This document shows, in pieces, positions 1 through 8,186 of a DNA stretch of 30,427 nucleotides (the first letter of the stretch is position 1; each line of letters begins with the position of its first letter). Position numbers and translations under genes: made by a program. Below the pieces are notes generated by a model. That model was not told where the DNA came from and did not search any database. It saw only the letters and a list, made by a program, of their open reading frames with translations. The DNA comes from a virus (taxonomy: Duplodnaviria; Caudoviricetes). The stretch covers positions 1 through 30,427 of IMG/VR virus record IMGVR_UViG_3300050158_000034; one strand, given 5' to 3'.

Positions 1-114
1 GCGCGCATCGCGCTGCATGCAGGCTTGGCGCGCGGCAGCTTGAGCACCGCGCAGCAGCATGCTGCCACGCGCTGGCAAGGGGGAGGCCACTTGCTGGGCT
101 GGCCAGGGGGGGGA

Positions 115-317
115 TGTTTGGAATGATCCAGCACCAACCCACCCAGGGCGGGCAAAAACGCCCCGAAGAATCAACAAGTTAGGCGTGCCCAGCCCAAAAA
201 GCGCCGAACGTTTGGTTTGATCCAGCAGCTGCCAAGAAAACGGGGTGCAGTCGCCAGAAAAATGCCAGGACTGGCATCACAAAACGCCGAAACAACGGCA
301 CCAAATTGCCAAGAAAA
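115..317 (+). repeat. Putative prophage terminus with transposase-binding direct repeats
   Basis: TG at 115-116. GTTTGGAATGATCCAGCA (116-133) matches GTTTGGTTTGATCCAGCA (210-227) at 16/18. TGCCAAGAAAA occurs at 230-240 and 307-317. The region is non-coding and A-tract rich. Confidence 0.6.
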
Positions 318-338
318 TCGCGGCGGCGTAAACTGGCA

Positions 339-420
339 GTGGCCGGTGGACTGGAAATGCTCCATGCCCCAGGACGATCAATCGTCGTGATTACGAGGAC
401 GTAGCGCCCCTCCCGGCCAT
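339..420 (-). ncRNA. Candidate four-way-junction (cloverleaf-like) structured RNA immediately 3' of MuF
   Basis: Closing stem TGGCCGG(340-346)/CCGGCCA(413-419) encloses three hairpins: TGGA/TCCA (352-364), GACGA/TCGTC (373-386) and GAGG/CCTC (395-412). Folded by eye. Confidence 0.4.
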
Positions 421-430
421 CCCCACACCG

Positions 431-1678
431 TTACAGCTTGCCCACCAGCACCCGATACCGCTTCGGATCTCGCAGGTCGGCTTGCTTTGCAGACCCCAGT
501 GACACGATCGACCAGGCCATGCCGTACTTGGTCTTGACGTTGGGGCGCGCGACGATCTTGGGCAGGCGATCTTCGGCCTCGGGCATGTCCTGGTCGGGCA
601 CGAAGACCAGCACTTGCGAGATTTGGTCCCAGAGCACTGCGCGGTAGCTGCGCAGGAGCGAGGGAATGTCGTCGATGAGATCCTGAGGCCAGACCTGGAG
701 CGGGTTGGCGCCGACTTTGTGGATGCCGGCTAGGTGGTTGGTGCGGTTGTCGAGCGCGGCGATGGCGCTGGATTGAAGCGTCAGCTCGGGCACCTGGGTG
801 GCGAGACCATTCAGGGTTGAGCTGTCGAGGAAGCCCAGGATCTGCGGCACGCTCTTGGGCTTGCCGGTGGCTTTAACGGTGCGTTGAAAGGCCTTCCAAT
901 TCGCTTCGATGGCCTTTTGAAATGCGGGCGAAATGGTTTTATCGACCAGTGGGCCGCGCAGTGCGCTGGGCAGGGTGGCGAGTTTGGCGCCGAGCGCCAA
1001 CTCGGGTGAGATCCAGCTGATGCCGACGTTGTGGTCCCAGCCCGGGTCGATGCCAACGGGGACGCGATCGACGACGCCATCGGCGGTGATGACGTCGCGG
1101 TAGTGCGTTTTGTAGGGGACTGTTTCGACGTGCAGATTCTCGTCGTCGATCTCGAACTGGGAGTAGGCGCGGACGGTGCAGCGGCAGCCCCAGCCGTTGG
1201 GCGGGTAGTGCGTGGACCAAAAGGCATCATCGATGGCGCGGATGACGCCGTTCCAGGCGCGATGCTGGGGGCGAACGCGGGCATCGCCTGCGGTGCGGTA
1301 TTGCAGGAAGGGGCGACGCTTTTTGTTGGCCTGCAGCTGGGCCCAGCGGCCGGCCATGGTGGCGCTGCGCATGTTGTTGCCGAAGATGACCTGGGTGCGC
1401 CAGCCGCGCTTGCCGTTGTAGGTCCAGCCGTGCTGAGCAACGACCTGGTCGAAGTCTTTTCTGAACTGGGTGATGGTGGTGCCGTTTTCGAGGGCCGATA
1501 CGAGGGCCTTTTGAATGTCGGCAGACAGGCTGGCTGAGGTTGACCCGGCGACGGTGAACACTTTGGCGTGAACTGGGCCGGCGAGGCTGTCCCACGCGAG
1601 GCTGGCCTCGGGGAGCTTGCCTTTGAGGTGGTCGATCGCTTCTTGGAAGCGGACGCCAAAGGGTTGGACTTCAGGCAC
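431..1678 (-). CDS. Mu gpF/SPP1 gp7-like head morphogenesis protein with C-terminal PBECR-like extension
   Basis: MuF motifs (DARVRPQH, PPNGWGCRC, IDPGWDHNVG). About 190 extra C-terminal aa. GTG start with GAGGT RBS. Confidence 0.9.
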   Translation of the reverse strand: MPEVQPFGVRFQEAIDHLKGKLPEASLAWDSLAGPVHAKVFTVAGSTSASLSADIQKALVSALENGTTITQFRKDFDQVVAQHGWTYNGKRGWRTQVIFGNNMRSATMAGRWAQLQANKKRRPFLQYRTAGDARVRPQHRAWNGVIRAIDDAFWSTHYPPNGWGCRCTVRAYSQFEIDDENLHVETVPYKTHYRDVITADGVVDRVPVGIDPGWDHNVGISWISPELALGAKLATLPSALRGPLVDKTISPAFQKAIEANWKAFQRTVKATGKPKSVPQILGFLDSSTLNGLATQVPELTLQSSAIAALDNRTNHLAGIHKVGANPLQVWPQDLIDDIPSLLRSYRAVLWDQISQVLVFVPDQDMPEAEDRLPKIVARPNVKTKYGMAWSIVSLGSAKQADLRDPKRYRVLVGKL

Positions 1679-1686
1679 GGGTGACC

Positions 1687-1866
1687 TCAGCTCTTGGCTT
1701 GGAACTCAGCGCCGACCAAGATGAAAGCCAGCATTTTCAAACCGTTGGGCTCGGTGATCGCCTTGCGTAGATCATCAGCGAAGGCCTCAATTTGCACACG
1801 GGCTTCGGGCGGCTGCTCTGACACCAGGCCCTTGATCATGAGGAGGGTTTGTTCGTCGGATGTCAT
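1687..1866 (-). CDS. Hypothetical 59-aa protein (MTSDEQTLLMIKGLVSEQ...), not in the ORF track
   Basis: Translated by hand. ATGA overlap with the upstream stop; fills the gap to MuF. Confidence 0.7.
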   Translation of the reverse strand: MTSDEQTLLMIKGLVSEQPPEARVQIEAFADDLRKAITEPNGLKMLAFILVGAEFQAKS

Positions 1867-2051
1867 TTGCGGCCTTTGCGTTTGGAAGATCTGGCGTTGG
1901 CCTTGTGGCCACCCTTGTGCCGGTGGGGTGCGTAGGTGTTTTTCTGCTTGGACGGGTTTGACAGGCGGGCGAGGTCGGACGGGTCAAACGCTCTGGCTTG
2001 AAGGGTCAAGGTCATGCCGGCAGCTGCGGCCAAGAGCAGGCGCGATCGCAT
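1863..2051 (-). CDS. Hypothetical 62-aa basic protein (MRSRLLLAAAAG...KRKGRK)
   Basis: TGATG coupling at 2051. Hydrophobic N-terminus and K/R-rich tail. Confidence 0.6.
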   Translation of the reverse strand: MRSRLLLAAAAGMTLTLQARAFDPSDLARLSNPSKQKNTYAPHRHKGGHKANARSSKRKGRK

Positions 2052-2359
2052 CACACTGCCTCGCGCTTGGCTTGGTTGATGGCGCAGCCAGCCTTGCGGT
2101 TTGCCATGGCTTCGGCGACCGTGTCCACGGTGCCGCCCAGGCTGGTGCCGTAGCGCTGCATGTAGGCGTTGCGGCCGGCATAGGTCGCTGCGGTGTAGCC
2201 ATCGCATCCGTTGACCAGCACGCGGACGGCGAGGCCTTTGTCGATCAAGGCGTCGCGGCCAGATTTCGAAGGCACGTCACCATCCCATAGTGGGCCGTGC
2301 TCGACCAGGGCGATCAGGGAGTCAATGTCGGCGCCGCGCGTGAGGTCTTCAGTTGGCAT
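2051..2359 (-). CDS. Hypothetical protein (possible winged-helix-like)
   Basis: GGAG RBS before the ATG at 2359 (alternative start 2377). Coupled to its neighbours; phage-like GDVPSKSGRDALIDKGL segment. Confidence 0.7.
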   Translation of the reverse strand: MPTEDLTRGADIDSLIALVEHGPLWDGDVPSKSGRDALIDKGLAVRVLVNGCDGYTAATYAGRNAYMQRYGTSLGGTVDTVAEAMANRKAGCAINQAKREAV

Positions 2360-2825
2360 GGCTTGCTCCATTGACATGGTCGGAGGCTGCGGCCAGGCGC
2401 AGGGCGGCGCCAGCGGTGCTGGCCACGGCGACGGGTGTGTCGTCGTCGGTGGTGTAGACGCTGACTTCGGTGATGTTGCCGGGCTTTTGCCAGAGCTCTA
2501 TGCGCAAGCGGGATTGGCGCTGCACCCAGGTGAGTAGCGCCATGTCGTTGGAGGTGACTTCGTGCAGGGCGGCCAGGGTTTCGATGTTGCCTTTGGTGCC
2601 GTAGACCTCGATGGGCAGGTTGCCGTCGGCGCAGTTGACGTTGATGGCCAGGGTACAGAGTGGCTTGGCGATGTGTGCCTGGTTGGCGTTGATGATGTCG
2701 GCCAGCTCTTGTGCGGTGAGCAGGAAGCCTTCCAGCTCGTCGCAGTATTGATGGCCGAGTTCTTCGGCTACGGCTTGAGCGTGCTCGGCGTTGGTTTCAG
2801 CGGTGATCAGTGCGGCTTTGGGCAT
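2349..2825 (-). CDS. Hypothetical protein
   Basis: AAAGGA RBS before the ATG at 2825. Natural composition; same strand as the operon. Confidence 0.7.
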   Translation of the reverse strand: MPKAALITAETNAEHAQAVAEELGHQYCDELEGFLLTAQELADIINANQAHIAKPLCTLAINVNCADGNLPIEVYGTKGNIETLAALHEVTSNDMALLTWVQRQSRLRIELWQKPGNITEVSVYTTDDDTPVAVASTAGAALRLAAASDHVNGASHAN

Positions 2826-2844
2826 GGGGTGTCCTTTGGTGAAG

Positions 2845-2986
2845 GGGGCGACCAGGTCACATGGGCAGTGTTTTTCGTTTGAACAAGTCATTGATGGTTA
2901 CTGCACTGCGGCGCCGGCCCGCAGCCCTGGTCGCCCTCATGAGTGCGACCGGTGGGACGCACTGATGAAGGGCCGCTTGGCGGCCT
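2845..2986 (-). ncRNA. Candidate structured intergenic RNA (three-way junction plus two hairpins)
   Basis: 11-bp stem GGGCGACCAGG(2846-2856)/CCTGGTCGCCC(2926-2936) encloses GCAGT/ACTGC and CTGCGG/CCGCAG stems. Adjacent hairpins AGTGCG/CGCACT and GGCCGC/GCGGCC. Confidence 0.35.
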
Positions 2987-2991
2987 GGTGG

Positions 2992-3384
2992 CTAGACCTT
3001 CCACTCGACGCAGAAGCCTTCGAAGGCGCCACCTTCAGCGCAGGCCTCGGGGTATTGCTGTTTGAACCATGCGTGCATGGCGGGCCAGTCGGGGAAGCCG
3101 TCTGCTTTGGCGAACTCGAGGCGGTCTGCTTGGGTGAGGCGATTGCTGTCAACGATCAACTCGCCAGCGCCTTCGAGGTCAATGCGGATGGCGCGGCAGC
3201 GGGTGATTTGGCCGTCGCGCAGGTGCTGGGTGCTGCGGGTGCGCAGGCCGGTGTAGAGCGCTGCAATGTCACCAGGCAGAGGGCGTTTGCCGTCTGCGCG
3301 GGTGCGGCGGATGGTTTGCAGCTTCGTGCCGTCCATGATGGCCGGCACGAACTGGCGCTGGAAGTTGAGGACGAAGCGGGCCAT
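2992..3384 (-). CDS. ASCH domain protein
   Basis: LNF..F...I..GTKLQTIR ASCH/PUA signature and FAKADGF motif. Confidence 0.8.
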   Translation of the reverse strand: MARFVLNFQRQFVPAIMDGTKLQTIRRTRADGKRPLPGDIAALYTGLRTRSTQHLRDGQITRCRAIRIDLEGAGELIVDSNRLTQADRLEFAKADGFPDWPAMHAWFKQQYPEACAEGGAFEGFCVEWKV

Positions 3385-3390
3385 GGTTGC

Positions 3391-4071
3391 TCAGCCTTGG
3401 AAGTCGTCGGGGCCTTCGTAGTGCTGCTCGGCATTGGGGCTCAAGCCTTGAGCCACGGTCACCGGAGCTGCGGCTGCCAGCTTGCTGCGCAGTTCGTAGC
3501 CCATGAGTGGCCAGATCTTGTTGACTGCGTTGGCCCGGGCGATCTTGCGGCCCACTTCGGCGTCGAAGTTCTCGGGGCTTGCGCAAGCGCTCTCGCCCGT
3601 AACAGTGAAGCCGTTCGACAGGATCAACACACAGAACGTGAGCAGCTTGAGTGGCTGAGGCATGAGGGCATCCGTCATTTCAGGATCTGCCATGTCCACG
3701 CCTTCAGCTGCGGTGAAGTAGTGCACGCTGGCAATGTTGCGTTCAACCTCTGCAGGTGTGATGCGCGGCGCGGTCAGGCCTTTTGCGACGATCTCGGCTT
3801 CCATGGCTTGATCGGTTGCATCAGCAGGTGGCAGCAGATAGGCGTAGTAGCCGTAGGGGCGGGTGCCGTCGTCCGCCTGGAACAGGGGCACCGAGGAGCG
3901 GTTGACCTTGGTGCCGTTAGGCATGTCGAACTCGATGTTGGCGCAGGCCTCGCTCCAGAGGTGGACGATGGTGCCGACCTGGAATGGCTTGATTTGGGCG
4001 TCACCCGAGGTGGAGGGGAAGAAGCAGACTTTGGCGCCGATGGTGGCGAGGATCTTTTGGGATGCGGTCAT
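3391..4071 (-). CDS. Phage Gp49/Sf6 gp66 family (PF13876-like) protein with an extra N-terminal domain
   Basis: APRITP, LTFCVLILSNGFTVTGESACASPENFDAEVGRKIA and IWPLMGY signature. About 85-aa additional beta-rich N-terminal domain. Confidence 0.85.
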   Translation of the reverse strand: MTASQKILATIGAKVCFFPSTSGDAQIKPFQVGTIVHLWSEACANIEFDMPNGTKVNRSSVPLFQADDGTRPYGYYAYLLPPADATDQAMEAEIVAKGLTAPRITPAEVERNIASVHYFTAAEGVDMADPEMTDALMPQPLKLLTFCVLILSNGFTVTGESACASPENFDAEVGRKIARANAVNKIWPLMGYELRSKLAAAAPVTVAQGLSPNAEQHYEGPDDFQG

Positions 4072-4119
4072 GGTTGGCTTTCAGTGGGGGGCGGCCGTTG
4101 TGCAGTGGCCGTGGGCTGC

Positions 4120-4431
4120 TTAGTCGGGGAAGTACTTCACGTAGGGGACGGTGGGGGTGTGGTCTTGCTCGGTGGCGCTGGCGCTGGGGCTGGGTGTGAG
4201 CCAGTAGAGACTGATGCCGCGAAGAAAGGCCACGGTGTAGCCAGCGGTGACGGCGAGGACGCCCCATTGGCTGGCTTGCCAGGCGCTGTAGGCCCAGAAG
4301 GGCTGGCCGGTGAGGCCGATGACGCAGGCCCAGCGGCGGGTGCGCTCGGTGGGGTCTTGGTTGATCCATGCGGCCAGGACGCCGATGACGGCAATGGCGA
4401 CTTGAACGAGGTCTGGGGTGCTGAGGTGCAT
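4120..4431 (-). CDS. Small three-TM membrane protein (PnuC/PQ-loop-like phage family)
   Basis: Three hydrophobic helices with a GQPFW motif. Family call is tentative. Confidence 0.65.
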   Translation of the reverse strand: MHLSTPDLVQVAIAVIGVLAAWINQDPTERTRRWACVIGLTGQPFWAYSAWQASQWGVLAVTAGYTVAFLRGISLYWLTPSPSASATEQDHTPTVPYVKYFPD

Positions 4432-4440
4432 GGCTTGCCC

Positions 4441-6027
4441 TCATGCGGCCTGCGTGGCAGCGCCGCGCAGGATGGCGTAGGTCATGGCGCGGTCGATGAC
4501 TTCGCGCAGGGCTTCGTCGTCGATGGTGGTGCCGATCTGATCTTCGAAGGCGGCTTTGAAGTCGGCCAGGGTTTTGCCCTGGGCTTCGAAGTCGGCCAGC
4601 ATTTCGTAGATGGGTTGGATCATCTGGCGCTCGATGGCGTCATCTGCCGCATTGGCTGCGAGGTCGATCGCTTCGGTCTCGGTCATGCCTGCAGCCTGGG
4701 CAAAGCTGAAGCCGCGCACGGTGCCGAGGTAGGCGCCGAAGTCGCCTTCTGCCGCTGTGCTGGTGGGGGGCTTGGGCACCGGGCCGGTGGCGCCACCGTT
4801 GGGCAGCAGTTCGTCGTCTTTGCCATCAGCTTCGGGCATGCCGAGTTCGTTGAGCATGGCTTTGCGGCTGGGCTTGGCGCCCATGTTGGCGGCCGTCTGG
4901 TAGGACTGGGCGCGTTGCAGTCCGGCCGGGGTGTTCTTGAAGAACTCCAGGCGGGGCGCGGCGACGTCTGGGCCCCAGTTGAAGAGGGTGATCCACTTGA
5001 ACAGCTCGGACATGCCTTTGGCGGCGATGTCGCGGTCTGAGTCGTGGATTTCTTGCTGGCGCTTGGAGGCTGTTTCGCTGTGGGCACGGCCGCCGACGTT
5101 TTTGTGCTCGCCCACGGATGACTGGCCGGTGAGGGCCTTGCTCATTTCGGTGTTGCACAGATCAATGAGGCTTTGCTGGGGCAGGTTGGAGCCGCTGGAC
5201 GTGGGGACGAGCAGCTCCAGGCCGGTGCCCTCAGGCACAACGACGTAGCCGGCTTCGATCATGCTGGAGACGGCCTCGGCGAGGAGGTCTTGCTCGCCCT
5301 CGGGCGTGCCGATGGGGTAGCGCGCGATGGGCCAGGGCAGGCCGTGGCGCTCGCAGTATTTGACGAAGTAGCGAAAGCCGCCGGTCTTGAATGTCCAGGG
5401 CCAGAAGCAGCTGCTGAGCAGGGGAATGCCGTACGGGTTGACCGTGGTGGCCATGTGCCTGGTGATCAGGAACTGGTACGGGTCAACGGGCTCGCCCATG
5501 AGGTTGGCGTTGGTGACGAGCAGGGGCTCGCTGTTGGCGTTGAACTTGAAGCGTCGGCCGGGTCTATCGAGGATTTGGGCGGGCAGGAATTTGCCGTCGA
5601 TGAGGCCCCACTCCATTTCATGGGGGTGGTAGCCGGTGAGGATGGAGCTGGTCATTTGCCACATCAGTTCCATCCAGTCGGCCACCTTGTTGGGTTGGGT
5701 GCGTGGCATCCATTGCTCGATGAAGTCCTTGACTTCGACGGAGCGGGGGTCTTGGTCATCACCGGGCACGATGCGGTAGTCGTGGCTGTGGAAGGCGCCG
5801 CGGATGGAGCGCACGTCACCAATGACGTGGGGGTCGACCAGGATGGAGTGGTAGACGCGCTCGGCGATGCCCATGGCGCGAAGGATGGGGTCGGGGTTGG
5901 GCAGCGCGAACAGGTTGCCGAAGTAGCGGACTGGATCGGTCTCGGGCGTGGCGAGCTGGCGACCCGTGGCCGGCCGCATGCCTTGAAGGATGCGGTTGAA
6001 AGACTGGCTGGTGCTTTTGGTGGCCAT
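4441..6027 (-). CDS. Portal protein (Mu gp29/DUF935 family)
   Basis: LPNPDPIL, NPYGIPLL, ERHGLPW and EMSKALTGQ motifs; follows TerL. Confidence 0.92.
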   Translation of the reverse strand: MATKSTSQSFNRILQGMRPATGRQLATPETDPVRYFGNLFALPNPDPILRAMGIAERVYHSILVDPHVIGDVRSIRGAFHSHDYRIVPGDDQDPRSVEVKDFIEQWMPRTQPNKVADWMELMWQMTSSILTGYHPHEMEWGLIDGKFLPAQILDRPGRRFKFNANSEPLLVTNANLMGEPVDPYQFLITRHMATTVNPYGIPLLSSCFWPWTFKTGGFRYFVKYCERHGLPWPIARYPIGTPEGEQDLLAEAVSSMIEAGYVVVPEGTGLELLVPTSSGSNLPQQSLIDLCNTEMSKALTGQSSVGEHKNVGGRAHSETASKRQQEIHDSDRDIAAKGMSELFKWITLFNWGPDVAAPRLEFFKNTPAGLQRAQSYQTAANMGAKPSRKAMLNELGMPEADGKDDELLPNGGATGPVPKPPTSTAAEGDFGAYLGTVRGFSFAQAAGMTETEAIDLAANAADDAIERQMIQPIYEMLADFEAQGKTLADFKAAFEDQIGTTIDDEALREVIDRAMTYAILRGAATQAA

Positions 6028-6031
6028 GGTT

Positions 6032-7669
6032 TTAACCGGTGGTCTCGGGCAAGGGGATGGTGTTGCGGCGGCGGCCCATGCGGATCTTCATGACGCCACC
6101 CATGCGGGCGACGGCGAGCTTCCACAGCATTTCAAGGGCGTCGGGGCCGTCGTCGTGGGCGGCTTCGGGGTAGTTCAGCAGCTGCTCGTTCAGCTCGGTG
6201 AGCGTGCGGTGGGAGCGGATGAGCTGGTTGCGCACGTGAGGGCTGAGGCTCTCGATGCGCATTTCTTTGTCTGTGCTCGGGATGACGGGGGTGGCCGGTA
6301 CCGGGATGCCTTGCCGTGCGCTTTCTTTGACGAGCTGGTCGCGCATGAACTCTTGAAACTGCACGGCCTCGAATGCCCATTGCTGGCACTGGTACTCGCG
6401 CTGCGCCGCAATGATGTTTTCGATCTGCTTGTGGGGCAGGATGCGGACGATCTTGGCTTCGACGATGTCGAGCACGCCGGTGCGGCGGTCCAGGCCACCG
6501 ACGAGCATGGCGCTGGGGTCGCGCTTCTTGTTGCGCTTGCCCAGGGATGGGTCATGTGCGCCGAGATAGAGCCAGTCGCGTTGGGGCTGCACCCAGTAGC
6601 CGAGGTCGCGGAAGAACTGGGCGTCGGCGTTGGTGGGCTCGTTTTGGTACTCGCAGGCGAAGGCGTGGTGGTCTTCGGCCCGGATCTTCATCAAGGCCAG
6701 CAGGGGCCGCACGGAGGGCCAGCTGACGATGGCGCCCGCCTCCATCTCGACCTGGTGGTCGAGGTAGAAGCGCTCAGCGGCCTGCCCTGCTGCTTCGTCG
6801 TCGGTTTCGGCGTTGATGAAGAGGTCTTCCCACTGCTCCCACAGGTCCATGCGGTCAGGCCAGCGGATGATGGCCTTGAATTTTTTACGCACCCAGCGAG
6901 GCTTGCGATGGGTGCGGTTGGCGACGGAGTCGTAGTGGAGGATCGTGTTGGGATACAGCACGTCCATGGCGCCATCGGGTGGGCCGAGGTTGAGCACCAC
7001 CTTCTGGAGCCAGGCTTCCTTTTTGTCGCGCTGGTCTTTGTTGTCGACGTTCTCGTCGTTTTCGATGTCGTCAAGGATGACCAGGTCGGGCCGGTAGGGG
7101 CCGTGGCGCAGGCCGCGCATGCGCTTGCCGGAGCCGAAGGCTTGGATCTTGATGTCGTTGGCGGTGAGGATGACGCCCACGTTCCAGACGCGGCCAGCGC
7201 CTGTTTGCGCAGGGAAGTCGAGCTTGAGCCGTGGGTTCTCTTCGAGCTCGACTTTGATGGCCTCCAGCATCGTGGCGGCCTGGTCGAAGGCATCCATGAC
7301 GATGGGGACGAAGTGCTTGCGCTCAGTGACGATGCACCAGATCGTGAAGAGCTGTGTGGCCAGTGTGGACTTGGCTTCGCCGCGGGGCGCGCTGAAGATG
7401 ACCAGGTGGCCGCGTGGGTCGTCAATCAGGCCTGGAATGGTGTTGTAAAACCATGTGTGAAAGACGCTTGCATCGCCTTTGATGTAGTGCGGAAAGTAGC
7501 TGCGAGCGAAGTGCTCAAAGTTGCTGGCGGCCTGCGCGCGGCGTTGGGTGCGTGAGGCTTCGTCGGTGGCGAAGCCATTGCAGTCTGCATGGATGAGGTC
7601 GCGTTGCTCTTGGGCGAACGCTGCCAGCTCGTCCAGGAAGGACTTTTCTTTGCCGCGCGCTTTGCTCAT
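6032..7669 (-). CDS. terL: Terminase large subunit
   Basis: Walker A APRGEAKST, Walker B LVILDDIEND, nuclease motifs DPSLG and HDDGPDALE. Confidence 0.95.
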   Translation of the reverse strand: MSKARGKEKSFLDELAAFAQEQRDLIHADCNGFATDEASRTQRRAQAASNFEHFARSYFPHYIKGDASVFHTWFYNTIPGLIDDPRGHLVIFSAPRGEAKSTLATQLFTIWCIVTERKHFVPIVMDAFDQAATMLEAIKVELEENPRLKLDFPAQTGAGRVWNVGVILTANDIKIQAFGSGKRMRGLRHGPYRPDLVILDDIENDENVDNKDQRDKKEAWLQKVVLNLGPPDGAMDVLYPNTILHYDSVANRTHRKPRWVRKKFKAIIRWPDRMDLWEQWEDLFINAETDDEAAGQAAERFYLDHQVEMEAGAIVSWPSVRPLLALMKIRAEDHHAFACEYQNEPTNADAQFFRDLGYWVQPQRDWLYLGAHDPSLGKRNKKRDPSAMLVGGLDRRTGVLDIVEAKIVRILPHKQIENIIAAQREYQCQQWAFEAVQFQEFMRDQLVKESARQGIPVPATPVIPSTDKEMRIESLSPHVRNQLIRSHRTLTELNEQLLNYPEAAHDDGPDALEMLWKLAVARMGGVMKIRMGRRRNTIPLPETTG

Positions 7670-8172
7670 TCGGATGCTCCGAACTTCTTGGTGAGCACGG
7701 GGCCGAAGCCTTCGAGCATGTCAATGAAGGCAGCGCGGTGCGGGGGGAACTTGGCCACGATGTAGGCGTTGAACTCTTTGAGCACCTCGGTGGCGATGCT
7801 CAGGCGGTTGAGCTTGGGGTTGCCGCGACCGGCTGCGGCCATGGCTTTGACGTAGGCATCGGAGAGCTTCAAGAGCATGTTGGCTTTGTCTTGAGGCTTG
7901 ATGTCTTTGGCGTCGTGCATGGACTTGATCGTGGCTTCGAACTGCTCGGCCAGGTCGTAGAGGATGGAGCCGGTGAATTGCTCCAGGCCGCCGGAGCTGA
8001 TGCGCTTGGCGTTGCGGGCGATGTCCCAGTCATCGCCGTCGTCAGCGTCTTTGCGCTTCCAATTGCGGGCGGTGCTGTAGGACACGCTGCACACGTCTGC
8101 AGCGGCCTCAAGTGGCAGGCCTTGGACGTACTTGGCGCGGACCTTCTGGCGGGTGCGTGGTTCGTGGGCCAT
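7666..8172 (-). CDS. DUF1804 family protein, putative terminase small subunit
   Basis: N-terminal HTH with TARNWKR...GDDWD; ATGA-coupled to terL. Confidence 0.85.
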   Translation of the reverse strand: MAHEPRTRQKVRAKYVQGLPLEAAADVCSVSYSTARNWKRKDADDGDDWDIARNAKRISSGGLEQFTGSILYDLAEQFEATIKSMHDAKDIKPQDKANMLLKLSDAYVKAMAAAGRGNPKLNRLSIATEVLKEFNAYIVAKFPPHRAAFIDMLEGFGPVLTKKFGASE

Positions 8173-8186
8173 TGATGTGTGCGGGC

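Noticed and set aside
1-114. Host gene at the insertion site
   Set aside because: Too short to identify; no supportable ORF.
171-365. 64-aa ORF as MuF immunity protein
   Set aside because: No clear RBS, overlaps the terminal repeats and the structured element, and has atypical composition; not fully excluded.
339-420. Canonical tRNA gene
   Set aside because: No TTCRA T-loop, no 7-nt anticodon loop and no proper D-loop; kept only as a structured-RNA candidate.
2940-2995. Hammerhead ribozyme suggested by CTGATGA between two hairpins
   Set aside because: No GAAA after the would-be stem II and no stem III/UH site.
2791-5040. 749-aa plus-strand ORF
   Set aside because: Antisense shadow of portal, Gp49 and ASCH genes in high-GC DNA; no motifs.
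5990-7555. 521-aa plus-strand ORF
   Set aside because: Antisense to terL; composition typical of shadow ORFs.
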